DNA of 64,000 nucleotides from Spirochaetia bacterium (GTDB lineage Bacteria > Spirochaetota > Spirochaetia > SZUA-6 > Bin103), in the NCBI GenBank assembly GCA_965208575.1, contig CBDBOV010000002.1:352001-416000 (forward strand). The letters are read 5' to 3'. Made by a program: the position numbers and the translations under genes. The notes beneath the pieces were generated by a model. It did no database searches and was not told the origin of the DNA. It saw nothing but the letters and a program-made list of their open reading frames with translations. Shown here piece by piece: positions 49,801 to 54,084 of this stretch. The stretch's first letter is position 1; every line of letters starts with the position of its first letter.

Positions 49801-52657
49801 GGTATCGGTCGCGGAGCAGGCCGACGAGCGCTTCGAGGCGGGCGAGACGGTGGAGGCCACCCTCACATTCGCCGAGCCGGTGGCGGTCGCGGGCGCGCCG
49901 ACGGTGGCGGTCACGTTCGGGGGCGTCGAGCGGCGCGCCGCCTATGCGCGGGGCTCGGGCGGCGAGCGGCTCACCTTCGCCTACCCGCTGGCCAAGGGCG
50001 AAGTCTGGCAGGGCACGGTCGGGCTGGCCGAGGACAGCCTGCGGCTCGAAGGCGGGACTGTCTCAAGCGTGGGCGGTGGGCTTGCCGCGGCGCTCGCGCA
50101 CCCAGGGGTCGAGGGCGTCGCGGCGACGCCGCCGCCGGCGGTGGTCGCGGTGTCGCTGGTGGCGAACGGACGCGCCGACGCGACCTACGGGCTCGGCGAG
50201 CGGATCCGCATTCGGGTCAGCTTCAGCGGGGCGGTAACCGTGACGGGCTCGCCGGGGATCGGGATCGACATGGACCCGGCGGAGTGGGGCGAGAAGCGGG
50301 CGGTCTACGAGAGCGGCTCCGGGTCGCCGACGCTGGTGTTCGTGTACGAGGTGGTGGAGCCGAACCTGTCCACGAAGGGTATCGCGGTGCTGGCGGACAC
50401 GCTGGCGCTCGACGGCGGTGCGGCGATCCGCTCGATGGCACGACAGCGGGACGCACTGCTGGGCCACGCGGGGCTCGCGCACGACCCGGCGCACAAGGTG
50501 GACTGGCGGCGCGCGCCGGCGCCGGCGGCGGGAACGCCCGCGGTGACCGGGGTGGCGGTGGTCTCGGACGCCGGCGCGGACGGCACCTATCTCCTGGGCG
50601 ACGCGATCCGGGTACGCCTCACGTTCAGCGAGGCGGTGAAGGTGACGGGGACGCCGCGCGTTGCGATCGACATGGATCCGGCGGAGTGGGGCGAGAAGCG
50701 GGCGGCCTACGAGGGCGAGCGCGATAAGGCCGTGCTGTCGCTCACCTTCGCCCACACGGTGGTGGAGCCGAATATCTCTACGAAGGGTATCGCGGTGCTG
50801 GCGGACACGCTGGCGCTCGACGGCGGGACGATCCGCTCGGTGGCGACCGGCGCGGGCGCGGCGCTCGGGCATGCGGGGCTCGCGCACGACGGAGGCCACA
50901 AGGTGGACTGGCGCCCGGCGCTCTCGGTGGCGGACGCACGGGCGCGCGAGGGTGAGGACGAGGCGGTGGTGTTCGAGGTCTCGCTGAGCCGCGCCTTCAC
51001 GGGCGCGGGGCACCGGGTGACGGTGGACTACGCGACGGCCGACGGCACGGCGACGGCGGGCGAGGACTACACGGCGGCGAGCGGCACGCTGACCTTCGCC
51101 GCGGGCGAGACGACGAAGACGGTGAGCGTGCCGATCCTCGACGACAGTCACGACGAGGGGCCGGAGACCCTCGCGCTGCGGCTCACGAACGTGCAGGGCG
51201 CGCGGCGTGGCGACCTGGAGGCGACCGGCACGATCGAGAACACGGACCCGATGCCGCGGGCGTGGCTGGCGCGCTTCGGGCGCACGCTGGCCGAGCAGGT
51301 GGTGGACGCGGTCGGGGCGCGGCTGGCGGCGCGGGGCGGCGGCGGTGCACAGGCGCGGCTTGCCGGGCAGGAGCTCGCCGGCGCCGGCGGCCTCGACGCG
51401 GACGAATCGGCGCGGCTTGCCGACGCGGAGCTGGCGCGCTGGCTGGCGGGCAGGCCGGAGCAGCCGCACACGATGAGCGGCGGCGAGCTGCTGGCCGGTA
51501 GCGCGTTCGCGGTGACCTCCGCGGCGGCGGAGGATCGGCCGGCGGCGGCGCTGTGGGGCCGCGGCGGGTGGTCGCGGTTCGAGGGGCGCGAGGGGAGCCT
51601 GAGCGTGGAGGGCGAGGTGACCACGGCACTGCTCGGCGCGGAGGTAGCCTCCGGTGCGTGGCTCGGCGGGGTGATGCTGTCGCACGCACGCGGGGACGGC
51701 AGCTACCGGGCCGACGCCGGTGCGGGGACGGTGGCGAGCACGCTGACCGCGGTGCATCCCTACGTGGGGGTGGACCTGAGCGAGCGGCTGACCGCGTGGG
51801 CGGCCGGCGGCCTGGGCCTGGGCGGGCTCACGCTCACGCCCGACGGGGCGGCGGCGCTGGAGACCGACCTGTCGCTGCTGCTGGCGGCGCTCGGCGCGCG
51901 CGGGCGGCTGGTGGAGCCGGCGGCCGGGAGCGGGTTCTTGCTGGCCATCGAGACCGACGCCTACTGGGTGCGAACTGGTTCCGCGGCGGCATCCGGGCTG
52001 GCGGAAGCGCAGGGGGACGCCACGCGGATCAGGCTCGGACTCGACGGCGGCTACCGGATCGGGCTCGGGCGCGGTGGCACGGTGGAGCCCACGGTCGCGG
52101 TCGGGGTGCGCCACGACGGCGGTGACGCCGAGCCCGGCTACGGGATGGACGTGGGCGGCGGGCTCGCCTGGTCAGCCCCGGCGCTCGGGCTGTCGGCGCA
52201 GGTGGCGGCGCGCGGGTTGCTGACCGAGGAGTTCGACGGCTTCCGCGACCTCGGCCTGTCCGGGTCGCTCGCCTGGGACTCGGACTCGGCGTCCGACCGG
52301 GGACCGTCGCTGACCGTCACCCAGACCGTGGGCGCCGCGGCCACCGGCGGCAGCCACGCGCTGCTCGGGCGGTCGACCCTGGCCGGCCTGGCCGCCACCG
52401 GCGACGGCCTGGACCGCCGTCGCCTGGACCTGCGCGCCGGCTACGGCTTCGCGGCGGCCGGCGACCGCTTCACCCTGACGCCGGAGTTCGGGCTCGGCCT
52501 GTCGGATGCGGGCCGCGACTACACGCTCGGCTGGCGGCTGGGCCTGGCGCAGCGCTCCCCGGCGTCGTTCGAGCTCGGGCTCGAGGCGACACGCAGGGAG
52601 TCCGCCGACCACAACGCCAAGCATCGGCTCGGGCTGACGATGACCGCGAGCTGGTGA
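25835..52657 (+). CDS. Giant (~8,940 aa) repetitive surface adhesin with a C-terminal autotransporter-like beta-barrel
   Basis: Signal peptide LVFVLALLAGTFCAAGPVLA; SwmB-like, cadherin (ATDPDG..LTYSL..LDHE), FN3, Big_5-like and Calx-beta (VTVDYATADGTATAGEDY) modules; PRAWLARFGRT linker; amphipathic beta-strands ending in terminal W; unbroken frame. Confidence 0.9.
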   Translation: MAVKLVALRRATPLVFVLALLAGTFCAAGPVLAEPVVRAVALVSEPTVDADGSGSNETYKVGDTVRARVTFDTAVDVAGSPVLRLQFDPRYGQKPMTFDATRGRTNTTTLEFTYEVVSGNLSRPGIAFYANKLSVGANASIRATGTQQNANLAFARVDHDAGHKVDGLGPKVSSAGVAGTTLTIVFDEPLVDAASLANSAFTVKRTRAGTEATVSLSGSPSISGATLTLTLASAVLSTDTAVKVSYAKPTSGAGNTLRDAPGNDVKNFADRAVLNKLHAPGSCGAASNPGDWIASVTSSTTTISVTLKNPAPTGIVIFEVCRATSPGRFSIFNGLSVTDPRGGSSHTFDAGGGRLDHPLQSGTDHWVRVLPDYRSEPSVWYYIRTRANTAPSFATGAASGFSVVEGSAAGAAVGTVAATDPDGDTLTYSLASDGTDHETFAIDSGGRITVASGATLEHETQASYSLTVQVHDGKDYRGDADSTVDASHDLTVTVRNVPVVSAVALVSEPTVDADGDGTDETYKVGDEVRARVTFDAAVDVAGSPVLKLDFDPAEWGEKSMTFDAARSRTNTTTLEFTYEVVANNLSTQGIAFYANKLSVGAGVSIRAAGKQQNADLTFAKVKHDAAHKVDGVAPALIATAPVSVTSSAGAAAIYAIGDAIEITATFNEAVTVTTAGTPVAGPRLAFTLGTGTKHAVYHSGSGTAALVFRYPVAEGDADGDGIAVAANGLELNGGTIADAAGNAAAAAQLEHPAVAALSGHKVDGVRPTVRSVVVAGTKLKVTFSETLGAASSLASTAFAVKKTPRGGVEQTVALSGSPSLSGATLTLTLASAVVGTDTGVKVSYTAPTTGTDNTLRDAVGNDVKSFSDVAVTPIRGVSAVALVSAPPAGQNDTYKVGDEVRARVTFNGPVDVTGSPVLKLDFDPGDWGEKSMTFDATRSRTSTTTLEFTYEVVADNLSTQGIAFYANKLSAGGNVSIRTAGTQQDADLAFAKVEHDADHKVDGVLPDLIAADPVSVTSAAGADATYAIGDPIEITATFNEAVTVTTAGTPVAGPRLALTLGTGTKHAVYHSGSGTAALVFRYPVAEGDADADGIAIVGNGLGLNGGTIADAAGNAAAAEQLEHAALDRLTSHKVDGVRPTVRSAAAAGTKLKVTFSETLGAASSLANGAFEVKKTPRDGVEQTVTLSGSPSISGATLTLTLASAVVGTDTAIKVSYTRPTTGTANTLRDAVGNDAENFADQAVQVGNFAPSFASDAPSRFSVAENSAAGTAVGTVAATDPDGGTLTYSLTSAGTDHKAFAIDSGGRITVASGATLDHESRSSYSLTVRVHDGGNFFGGPGTAVDASHRLTITVTDLTVEPPGTPSKPTVRGTPSSLRVNWNAPDMTGRPAITGYDVRWFKGSADPAQDAQWTRHFHAGAATRTTIAELDPGSAYRVQVRAVNADGKSPWTTSGQGRTTSSAAPAQCGSPLNPGNWIASVASSATTVTVTLTTAPPTGTVHFEVCQLELGGGYRTFFGRSVTNPARGSSHTFGSGGSRPLPSGTDHWVRVLTASHNAGAWHYFRTRANTAPSFATGAASGFSVVEGSAAGAAVGTVAAADPDGDTLTYSLASDGTDHETFAIDSGGRITVASGATLEHETQASYSLTVQVHDGKDYRGDADSTVDASHDLTVTVTNVPVVSAVALVSEPTVDADGDGTDETYKVGDTVRARVTFDAAVDVAGSPVLKLDFDPAEWGEKSMTFDTARSRTNTTTLEFTYEVVANNLSTQGIAFYANKLSVGAGASIRAAGKQQNADLTFAKVKHDAAHKVDGVAPALIATAPVSVTSSAGAAAIYAIGDAIEITATFNEAVTVTTAGTPVAGPRLAFTLGSGTKHAVYHSGSGTAAPVFRYTVAEGDADTDGIAVAENGLELNGGTIADAAGNAAAAAQLDHPAVAALAAHKVDGVRPTVRSVVVAGTKLKVTFSETLGAASSLASTAFAVTKTPRGGVEQTVALSGSPSLSGATLTLTLASAVVGTDTGVKVSYTKPTTGTANTLRDAVGNDVKSFSGVAVTPIRGVSAVALVSAPPAGQNDTYKVGDEVRARVTFNGPVDVTGSPVLKLDFDPAEWGEKSMTFDATRSRTNTTTLEFTYEVVADNLSTQGIAFYANKLSAGGSVSIRTAGTQQDADLAFAKVEHDADHKVDGVLPDLIATAPVSVTSAAGADATYAIGDPIEITATFNEAVTVTTAGTPVAGPRLAFTLGSGTKHAVYASGSGTAALVFRYPVAEGDADADGIAIVGNGLGLNGGTIADAAGNAAAAEQLEHAALDRLTSHKVDGVRPTVRSAAAAGTKLKVTFSETLGAASSLANGAFEVKKTPRGGVEQTVTLSGSPSISGATLTLTLASAVVGTDTAIKVSYIRPTTGTANTLRDAVGNDAENFADQAVPVGNFAPSFASDAPSRFSVAENSAAGAAVGTVAATDPDGGTLTYSLTSAGTDHEAFAIDSGGRITVASGATLDHESQSSYSLTVRVHDGGNFFGGPDTAVDASHRLTITVTDLTVEPPGTPSKPTVTGRTPSSLRVSWTAPDMTGRPAITDYDVRWFKGSADPAQDAQWTRHFHAGAATRTTIAELDPGSAYRVQVRAVNADGKSPWTTSGQGRTTSSAAPARCGSTSDPEEWIASVTSTATSITFTFKNSLPQVTAGVLVQICRPESSTSGRYRRSQASSIFGNPAGGSSHTIADFDDHRGGRIALQPGTDYWLRVDSQYTANASAWHYIATKPSLAVSAVALVSEPTVDADGDGTNETYKVGDTVRARVTFNRPVDVTGSPVLKLDFDPADWGEKSMTFDAARSRTNTTTLEFTYEVVAGNLSTQGIALHANELRLGAGASIRAAGKQQNADLTFAKVEHDAAHKVDGVAPALIAAAPVSVTSAAGDDATYAIGDPIEISATFNEAVTVTAAGTPGAGPRLAFTLGSGTKHAVYHSGSGTAAPVFRYTVAEGDADADGIAVAENGLGLNGGAIADAAGNVAAAAQLRHPAVAALATHKVDGVRPTVRGATVDGKTLRVTFSETLGPAARLANGAFVVKKTPQGEMEQTVTLSGSPSIAGASVTLTLANKVLRTDTGVKVSYTAPTTGADNRLRDAAGNDAEDFPDVTASFSNGVSAVALVSAPPAGQNDTYKVGDVVRARVTFGSPVDVVGNPVLKLQFAEDSGEKSMTFDATRSRTNTTTLEFTYTVGAGDRSTQGIAFYANKLSVGEGGSIRTAGTQQNADLTFPKVNHDAGHKVDGTLPALIANDPITVTSSAGPDKTYAVGETIDITATFTEPVTVTTFGNPVEQPSLVFSVGTIWDFRTAVYHSGSGTNKLVFRYTVAASDTDTDGVSFVGYAISLGPRGKTAKIADAVGNAAGRDQLANVAAGPLSSHKVDGSLTVSDTPPLFVSATVDGAALTLNYNEELDGTSEPVSGAFAVKVNGNAVNLAASDPVEVAGTTVTLTLAQAVTRGQTVTVSYTAPSENPIRDSDGNRAGSISEQPVAVTVGASVAAPTFSPAAGATAGPGTSITLTFAEALRKDASGTELANGDLAAILTLKTTDADGTDIGFTATIDAAKQVITVTPNNALAGGAVFVAISGSYFDEHGNQGAAASATFTVDVTAPAAPAFSPAGGATVTDAARNLTLTFAEAIHKDASGTELGNGDLAGILTLKTDDENGTDIGFTATIDAAMQVITVAPTADLADGAVYVAISDGYYDEHGNQGTAASATFTVDTSVTAPTFSPAADTTAGPGTSITLTFAEALRKDASGMALANDDLAGILTLKTDDENGTDIGFTATIDAAKQVITVAPTANLAGGDVYVAISDGYYDEHGNQGAAASATFTVDATAPAAPAFSPAGGATVTDAAGNLTLRFAEAIHKDAQGGDFAATDLAGILTLKTTDADGTDIGFTATIDAAKQVITLDPTADLADGAVYVAVSDGYFDKYGNQGTAASATFTVDTSVAAPTFSPAAGATAGPGTSITLTFAEALRKDASGTALANGDLAALLTLKTGDADGTDIGFRATIDVAKQVITVDPTADLAGGDVYVAISDGYYDEHGNQGAAASATFTVDATAPAAPAFSPAGGATVTDAAGNLTLTFAEAIHKDAQGGDFAATDLAGILTLKTGNADGTGIGFTATIDAAKRVITVDPTADLADGDVHVAVTDGYYDEHGNQGPAASATFTVDTSVAAPTFSPAAGATAGPGTSITLTFSEALRKDASDTALADGDLAGILTLKTTDADGTDIGFTATIDAAKQVITVTPTNGLAGGAVYVAVTDGYYDEHGNQGAAASATFTVDATAPAAPAFSPAGGATVTDAASHLTLTFAEAIHKDAQGGDFATTDLAGILTLKTDDENGTDIGFTATIDAAKQVITVDPTADLAEGAVYVAVSDGYYDEHGNQGTAASATFTVDTSVTAPTFSPAAGATAGPGTSITLTFAEALRKDAAGTALANGDLAALLTLKTGDVDGPAIGFTATINAAKQVITVDPTANLAGGDVYVAISDGYYDEHGNQGAAAGATFTVDATAPAAPAFSPAGVTVTDAAGNLTLTFAEAIHKDAQGGDFATTDLAGILTLKTGNADGTGIGFTATIDAAKQVITVDPTADLADGAVYVAVSDGYFDKYGNQGTAASATFTVDTSVAAPTFSPAAGATAGPGTSITLTFAEALRKDASGTALANGDLAALLTLKTGDADGTDIGFTATIDAAKQVITVTPTNGLAGGAVYVAVTDGYYDEHGNQGAAASATFTVDATAPAAPAFSPAGGATVTDAASHLTLTFAEAIHKDAQGGDFATTDLAGILTLKTGNADGTGIGFTATIDAAKQVITVDPTADLAEGAVYVAVSDGYYDEHGNQGTAASATFTVDTSVTAPTFSPAAGATAGPGTSITLTFAEALRKDAAGTALANGDLAALLTLKTGDVDGPAIGFTATINAAKQVITVDPTANLAGGDVYVAISDGYYDEHGNQGAAAGATFTVDATAPAAPAFSPAAGVTVTDAAGNLTLTFAEAIHKDAQGGDFATTDLAGILTLKTGNADGTGIGFTATIDAAKQVITVDPTADLADGAVYVAVSDGYFDKYGNQGTAASATFTVDTSVAAPTFSPAAGATAGPGTSITLTFAEALRKDASGTALANGDLAALLTLKTTDADGPDIGFTATIDAAKQVITVDPTANLAGGDVYVAITDGYFDEHGNQGAAASATFTVDATAPAAPAFSPVAGATVTDAADNITLTFAEAIHKDASGTDLAIGDLAGILTLKRGDADGTDVGFTATIDAAEQVITLDPTADLADGAVYVAITNGYFDEHGNQGAAASATFTVDTSVAAPTFSPAAGATAGPGASITLTFAEALRKDASGTALANGDLGALLTLKTTDADGPDIGFTATIDAAKQVITVDPTANLAGGDVYVAITDGYFDEHGNQGAAASATFTVDATAPAAPAFSPVAGATVTDAADNITLTFAEAIHKDASGTDLAIGDLAGILTLKRGDADGTDVGFTATIDAAKQVITLDPTADLADGAVYVAITNGYFDEHGNQGAAASATFTVDTSVAAPTFSPAAGATAGPGTSITLTFAEALRKDASGTALAAGDLAGILTLKTTDADGTDIGFTATINAAKQVITVEPTANLAGGEVYVAISDGYYDEHGNQGAAASATFTVDATAPAAPTFRPAAGATVTDAAGNLTLTFAEALHKDASGTALAIGDLAGILTLKRGDADGNDIGFAATIDAAKQVITVDPTADLADGAVYVAVSDGYFDEHGNQGTSASATFTVDTSVAAPTFSPAADTTAGPGTSITLTFAEALRKDASGTALANDDLAGILTLKTTDADGTDIGFTATIDAAEQVITVAPTADLAGGDVYVAISDGYFDEHGNQGTAASATFTVDATAPAAPAFSPASGATVADAAGNLTLTFAEAIHKDASGTALANGDLAGILTLKTGDADGTAIGYTATIDAAKQVITVAPTADLADGAVYVAVTDGYFDEHGNQGSAASATFTVDTSVTAPTFSPAAGATAGPGTSITLTFAEALRKDATGTALAAGDLAGILTLKTSDADGTDIGFTATIDAAKQVITLDPTADLADGAVHVAITNGYYDEHGNQGAAASATFTVDASAPTAPTFTPAGGATVTDAASNITLTFAEALHKDAQGGEFAATDLAGILTLKTGDADGTAIGYTATINAAKTVITLDPTADLADGAVYVAVTDGYFDEHGNQGAAASATFAVDTSVAAPTFSPAAGATAGPGTSITLTFAEALRKDASGTALANGDLAALLTLKTSDADGTDIGFTATIDAAEQVITVTPTNALAEGAVYVAVTDGYFDEHGNQGTAASATFTVDASAPAAPTFRPAAGATVTDAAGNITLTFAEPLHKDAAGTALANGDLAGILTLKTGDENGTAIGFTATIDAAKRVITLDPTAELADGAVYVAVSDGYYDAHGNQGAAANATFTVDTSVAAPTFLPAAGATAGPGTSITLTFAEALRKDAAGTALANGDLAGILTLKTGDENGTAIGFTATIDAAEQVITVTPTNALAEGAVYVAVTDGYFDEHGNRGAAASATFTVDASAPAPPTFSPAAGATVTDAASNITLTFAEALHKDASGTALANGDLAGLLTLKTGDENGTDIGYTATIDAAKTVITLDPTADLADGAVYVAVSDGYFDEHGNQGAAANATFTVDTSVAAPTFSPAAGATAGPGTSITLTFAEALRKDAAGTALANGDLAALLTLKTGDADGTAIGFTATIDAAKQVITVDPTTNLADGAVYVAITNGYYDEHGNQGAAASATFTVDASAPTAPTFTPAGGATVTDAASNITLTFAEALHKDAQGGEFAATDLAGILTLKTGDADGTAIGYTATIDAARTVITLDPTADLADGAVYVAVTDGYYDEHGNQGVAASATFTVDTSVATPTFSPAAGATAGPGTSITLTFAEALRKDASGTALANGDLAALLTLKTSDADGTDIGFTATIDAAEQVITVTPTNALAEGAVYVAVSDGYFDEHGNRGAAASATFTVDASAPAPPTFSPAAGATVTDAASNITLTFAEALHKDASGTALANGDLAGLLTLKTGDENGTDIGFTATIDAAKRVITVDPTADLADGAVYVAVTDGYYDEYGNQAAAAEATFTVDTSVAAPTFLPAAGATAGPGTSITLTFAEAIHKNAQGGDFATTDLAGILTLKVGDADGTAIGYTASIDAAKTEITLDPTADLADGAVYVAVSDGYYDEHGNQGAAASATFTVTVVGTAPVVTGVAVVSDAGSDATYLLGDKIRVRLTFSEAVKVTGTPRLSIDMNPAVWGEKRAAYEGARDTAVLSLTFAYEVVEPNISTQGIAVLANTLALDGGTIRSVATDAAAALSHAGLAHDPAHRVDAVPPQLLRGEIDGGTMTLYFSEALDPDATGGEFLMGVEVPELGVMGFVAAGDVAVDGKTVTVGLGERNPRATPGLERNNVLYARRADGGGGALRDVAGNPVLARYPMHRGNGEEWRYVAIDLENVTADTSVAAPTFSPAGGATVTDAASDITLTFGETVHKDAQGGDFTTTDLAGILTLTVGDENGTAIGFTATIDAKKKVITIDPTADLAEGAVYVAVTDGYFDEHGNQGTAASATFTIAVVGTAPGVTRVAVVSDAGSDATYAAGETVRVALTFGEAVAVDTEGGTPRLKLDLGGDDGTGERWAAYENGSGTDTLTFAWEAAAPDESAAGVAVLADTLELDGGTIRSVETQTDALLGHGGLAHDPAHRVDAAPPQLLRGEIDGGTMTLYFSEALDPDSTGGQFLMSLETPEGVEGFRARGDVVVDGATVTVGMGAALLRPTPGLERNRVQYTRRADGADGALRDMAGNLVEGHGSALCTGDGCVETRSAEIDLANVTPRTPRVTGVAVVSDAGADGLYGEGKRVKAAVTFTTQVRVETAEGVPTLALIANGGIRRAAYLSGSGTARLVFAYRAVEAGGLQAPVRVAASGLKLNGGAIVAAPGGAAAALGFGEAPGVTAVSVAEQADERFEAGETVEATLTFAEPVAVAGAPTVAVTFGGVERRAAYARGSGGERLTFAYPLAKGEVWQGTVGLAEDSLRLEGGTVSSVGGGLAAALAHPGVEGVAATPPPAVVAVSLVANGRADATYGLGERIRIRVSFSGAVTVTGSPGIGIDMDPAEWGEKRAVYESGSGSPTLVFVYEVVEPNLSTKGIAVLADTLALDGGAAIRSMARQRDALLGHAGLAHDPAHKVDWRRAPAPAAGTPAVTGVAVVSDAGADGTYLLGDAIRVRLTFSEAVKVTGTPRVAIDMDPAEWGEKRAAYEGERDKAVLSLTFAHTVVEPNISTKGIAVLADTLALDGGTIRSVATGAGAALGHAGLAHDGGHKVDWRPALSVADARAREGEDEAVVFEVSLSRAFTGAGHRVTVDYATADGTATAGEDYTAASGTLTFAAGETTKTVSVPILDDSHDEGPETLALRLTNVQGARRGDLEATGTIENTDPMPRAWLARFGRTLAEQVVDAVGARLAARGGGGAQARLAGQELAGAGGLDADESARLADAELARWLAGRPEQPHTMSGGELLAGSAFAVTSAAAEDRPAAALWGRGGWSRFEGREGSLSVEGEVTTALLGAEVASGAWLGGVMLSHARGDGSYRADAGAGTVASTLTAVHPYVGVDLSERLTAWAAGGLGLGGLTLTPDGAAALETDLSLLLAALGARGRLVEPAAGSGFLLAIETDAYWVRTGSAAASGLAEAQGDATRIRLGLDGGYRIGLGRGGTVEPTVAVGVRHDGGDAEPGYGMDVGGGLAWSAPALGLSAQVAARGLLTEEFDGFRDLGLSGSLAWDSDSASDRGPSLTVTQTVGAAATGGSHALLGRSTLAGLAATGDGLDRRRLDLRAGYGFAAAGDRFTLTPEFGLGLSDAGRDYTLGWRLGLAQRSPASFELGLEATRRESADHNAKHRLGLTMTASW
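26982..33778 (+). repeat. Tandem duplication of a multi-domain block with ~3,537-bp period (26982-30238 and 30519-33778)
   Basis: Constant 3,537-bp offset between near-identical sequence, becoming 3,540 after a 3-bp indel in the FN3 domain. Confidence 0.92.
36377..47551 (+). repeat. Array of 33 Ig-like (Big_5/SbsA-like) units, alternating ~336-bp A and ~342-bp B types; one more copy near 48329-48661
   Basis: A = SVAAPTFSPAAGATAGPGTSITLTFAEALRKD..., B = TAPAAPAFSPAGGATVTDAAGNLTLTFAEAIHKD...; each ends GYY/FDEHGNQG..ASATFTVD. Confidence 0.92.
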
Positions 52658-53059
52658 CCGAACGGCGTCCGATTCGCCGTCCTACAAGGCAGGAACACCA
52701 CCTCGGCCAGCTCCGAACGGCGTCGGGACCCGCGGGGTCGGGACCGAACAGTACCGCGCGGAAGACGCGGCCAGCGAGCGGCACGGCATGTCCTTGCAGC
52801 GCGTGTGCTCAGACGGGCGGGACGCGCCGCTTGCGGCGTACCTGCGCACCGCTGAGCCCGCTGCGTGCTCGATCATCCCGCTGGGCACGGGGGTCGGATG
52901 GCCGCGACGCGGGCTGCGCGTGCGTGGCGCCCGGTTGTCTCCGCTCGTCGCGTTCGGGCAGTAGCGACACGTTTGAGCGGCCATAGGTAACACAATAGAG
53001 ACTCTCAAAAGGACAGGTTTATTCTATATTGACCGTATAGCGACGTGATCCGATAATCG

Positions 53060-53200
53060 ACACGCTTTGCTTTACACAAGATCCAGTACCGTTCGGCAGG
53101 ATACGGACGGCCTCCGCGCGCATCATTCAGCGATGCGGCCGTGGCGCATGCGCGGTTCGTCGAGCTGCCGGCTCGGAGTAGATGCCCGATGGCGGAGCGA
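53060..53200 (+). repeat. Conserved non-coding leader, copy 2
   Basis: ACACGC..TTTACAC..GTAC..TCGGCA..GACGG..GGCCGTGRCGCATGCGCGG..TGCCGGCTCGGAGTAGRTGCCCGATGGCGGAGCGA shared with 23731-23869. Confidence 0.8.
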
Positions 53201-53357
53201 AGGGGCTGATGCCGAATGCCGATCCGGCCACCGACTGGCTGGAGCAGCCGCTCCTCGTCGCAGGATCGGGCTCGGCGCGCACGCACTGGTTCGACAGTCC
53301 CGTGATTGCGCCGCTCCGGGCGCTCGCTCCGTGTGCGCGGATCACGGCCGGTTCGCC

Positions 53358-53672
53358 ATGAAACCCGCCGCGGCGTTACGGCGCGCAACACCTCTTGTGT
53401 TCGCCCTCGCGCTGCTCGCGGGCACGTTCTGCGTTGCCGGTCCGGCGCTGGCGGATTCGGCGGTAAGCTCCGTGGAGTTGGTATCGGTGCCGACCGTGGA
53501 GAGCTTCACCGACCAGATGGTGACGAGCGCGACCGGCCCGCCGGTGCTGTCCACCTCGTCGCCCGTGGCGGTGGACGAGACGAACGGGAATTGGTTGACG
53601 CTGACATTCGACAAGGACCTCAAGGCGATGACTGCGGCGCAGTTGGTGCAACTGTGTAACGCCGTGAGATAA
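53358..53672 (+). pseudogene. 5' fragment of a second giant-adhesin paralog, truncated at the putative prophage end
   Basis: Signal peptide ALRRATPLVFALALLAGTFCVAGPALA nearly identical to that of the 25835 gene; start of a SwmB-like domain (LTLTFDKDL); stop within 20 bp of the TGTGTAAC junction. Confidence 0.75.
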
Positions 53673-53733
53673 ATCGGGGCGTCTAGCGTGATAACTCGAA
53701 GCGGGATTCGGCGGGATCGAGCGGGATATATCG
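53653..53733 (+). repeat. Putative Mu-type end: TG terminus plus transposase-binding-like repeats
   Basis: GTGAGATAAATCG (53664), GCGTGATAACTCG (53686, 22 bp later), GCGGGATATATCG (53721); GCGGGAT at 53701, 53711 and 53721. Confidence 0.55.
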
Positions 53734-53859
53734 AGATTGAGCGTTCCGGGTCCGGGTTTGCCGCTTGAATGAAGCTCGTTAGGGAGACGGGATGTCGGGT
53801 GGCTGGCACATCCTGAGTCTTAACCGTTCCTGTGTCCGGAAGGGCTTGGACGTCCGTGT

Positions 53860-54084
53860 TCACCTATCGTCCGCGGGGAGATCGGGGATTGCCACCGGCT
53901 GATTGAAGTCGAAACCTCCGTCGGTCATGACGTACGCTTCGTCGTCGTCGAACAGGGCACCCCAGCGGCCGTCGGGTAGAGGCCACATGACAGCATGCTT
54001 GACTCGCAAGCGCCCGACAGCACGTACCTCGTGAGCCGGAGTGATCTCCTGCCCCGAGAAGTCGGTTTCCTGCTCATCCGCCAT
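53860..54084 (-). CDS. Small acidic hypothetical protein, candidate immunity/partner of the MuF C-terminal domain
   Basis: 74-aa ORF whose ATG overlaps the end of muF; last gene before the putative element end. Confidence 0.6.
   Translation of the reverse strand: MADEQETDFSGQEITPAHEVRAVGRLRVKHAVMWPLPDGRWGALFDDDEAYVMTDGGFDFNQPVAIPDLPADDR

Noticed and set aside
52658-53000. Short ORFs downstream of the giant gene
   Set aside because: No RBS or motifs; composition typical of GC-rich non-coding DNA
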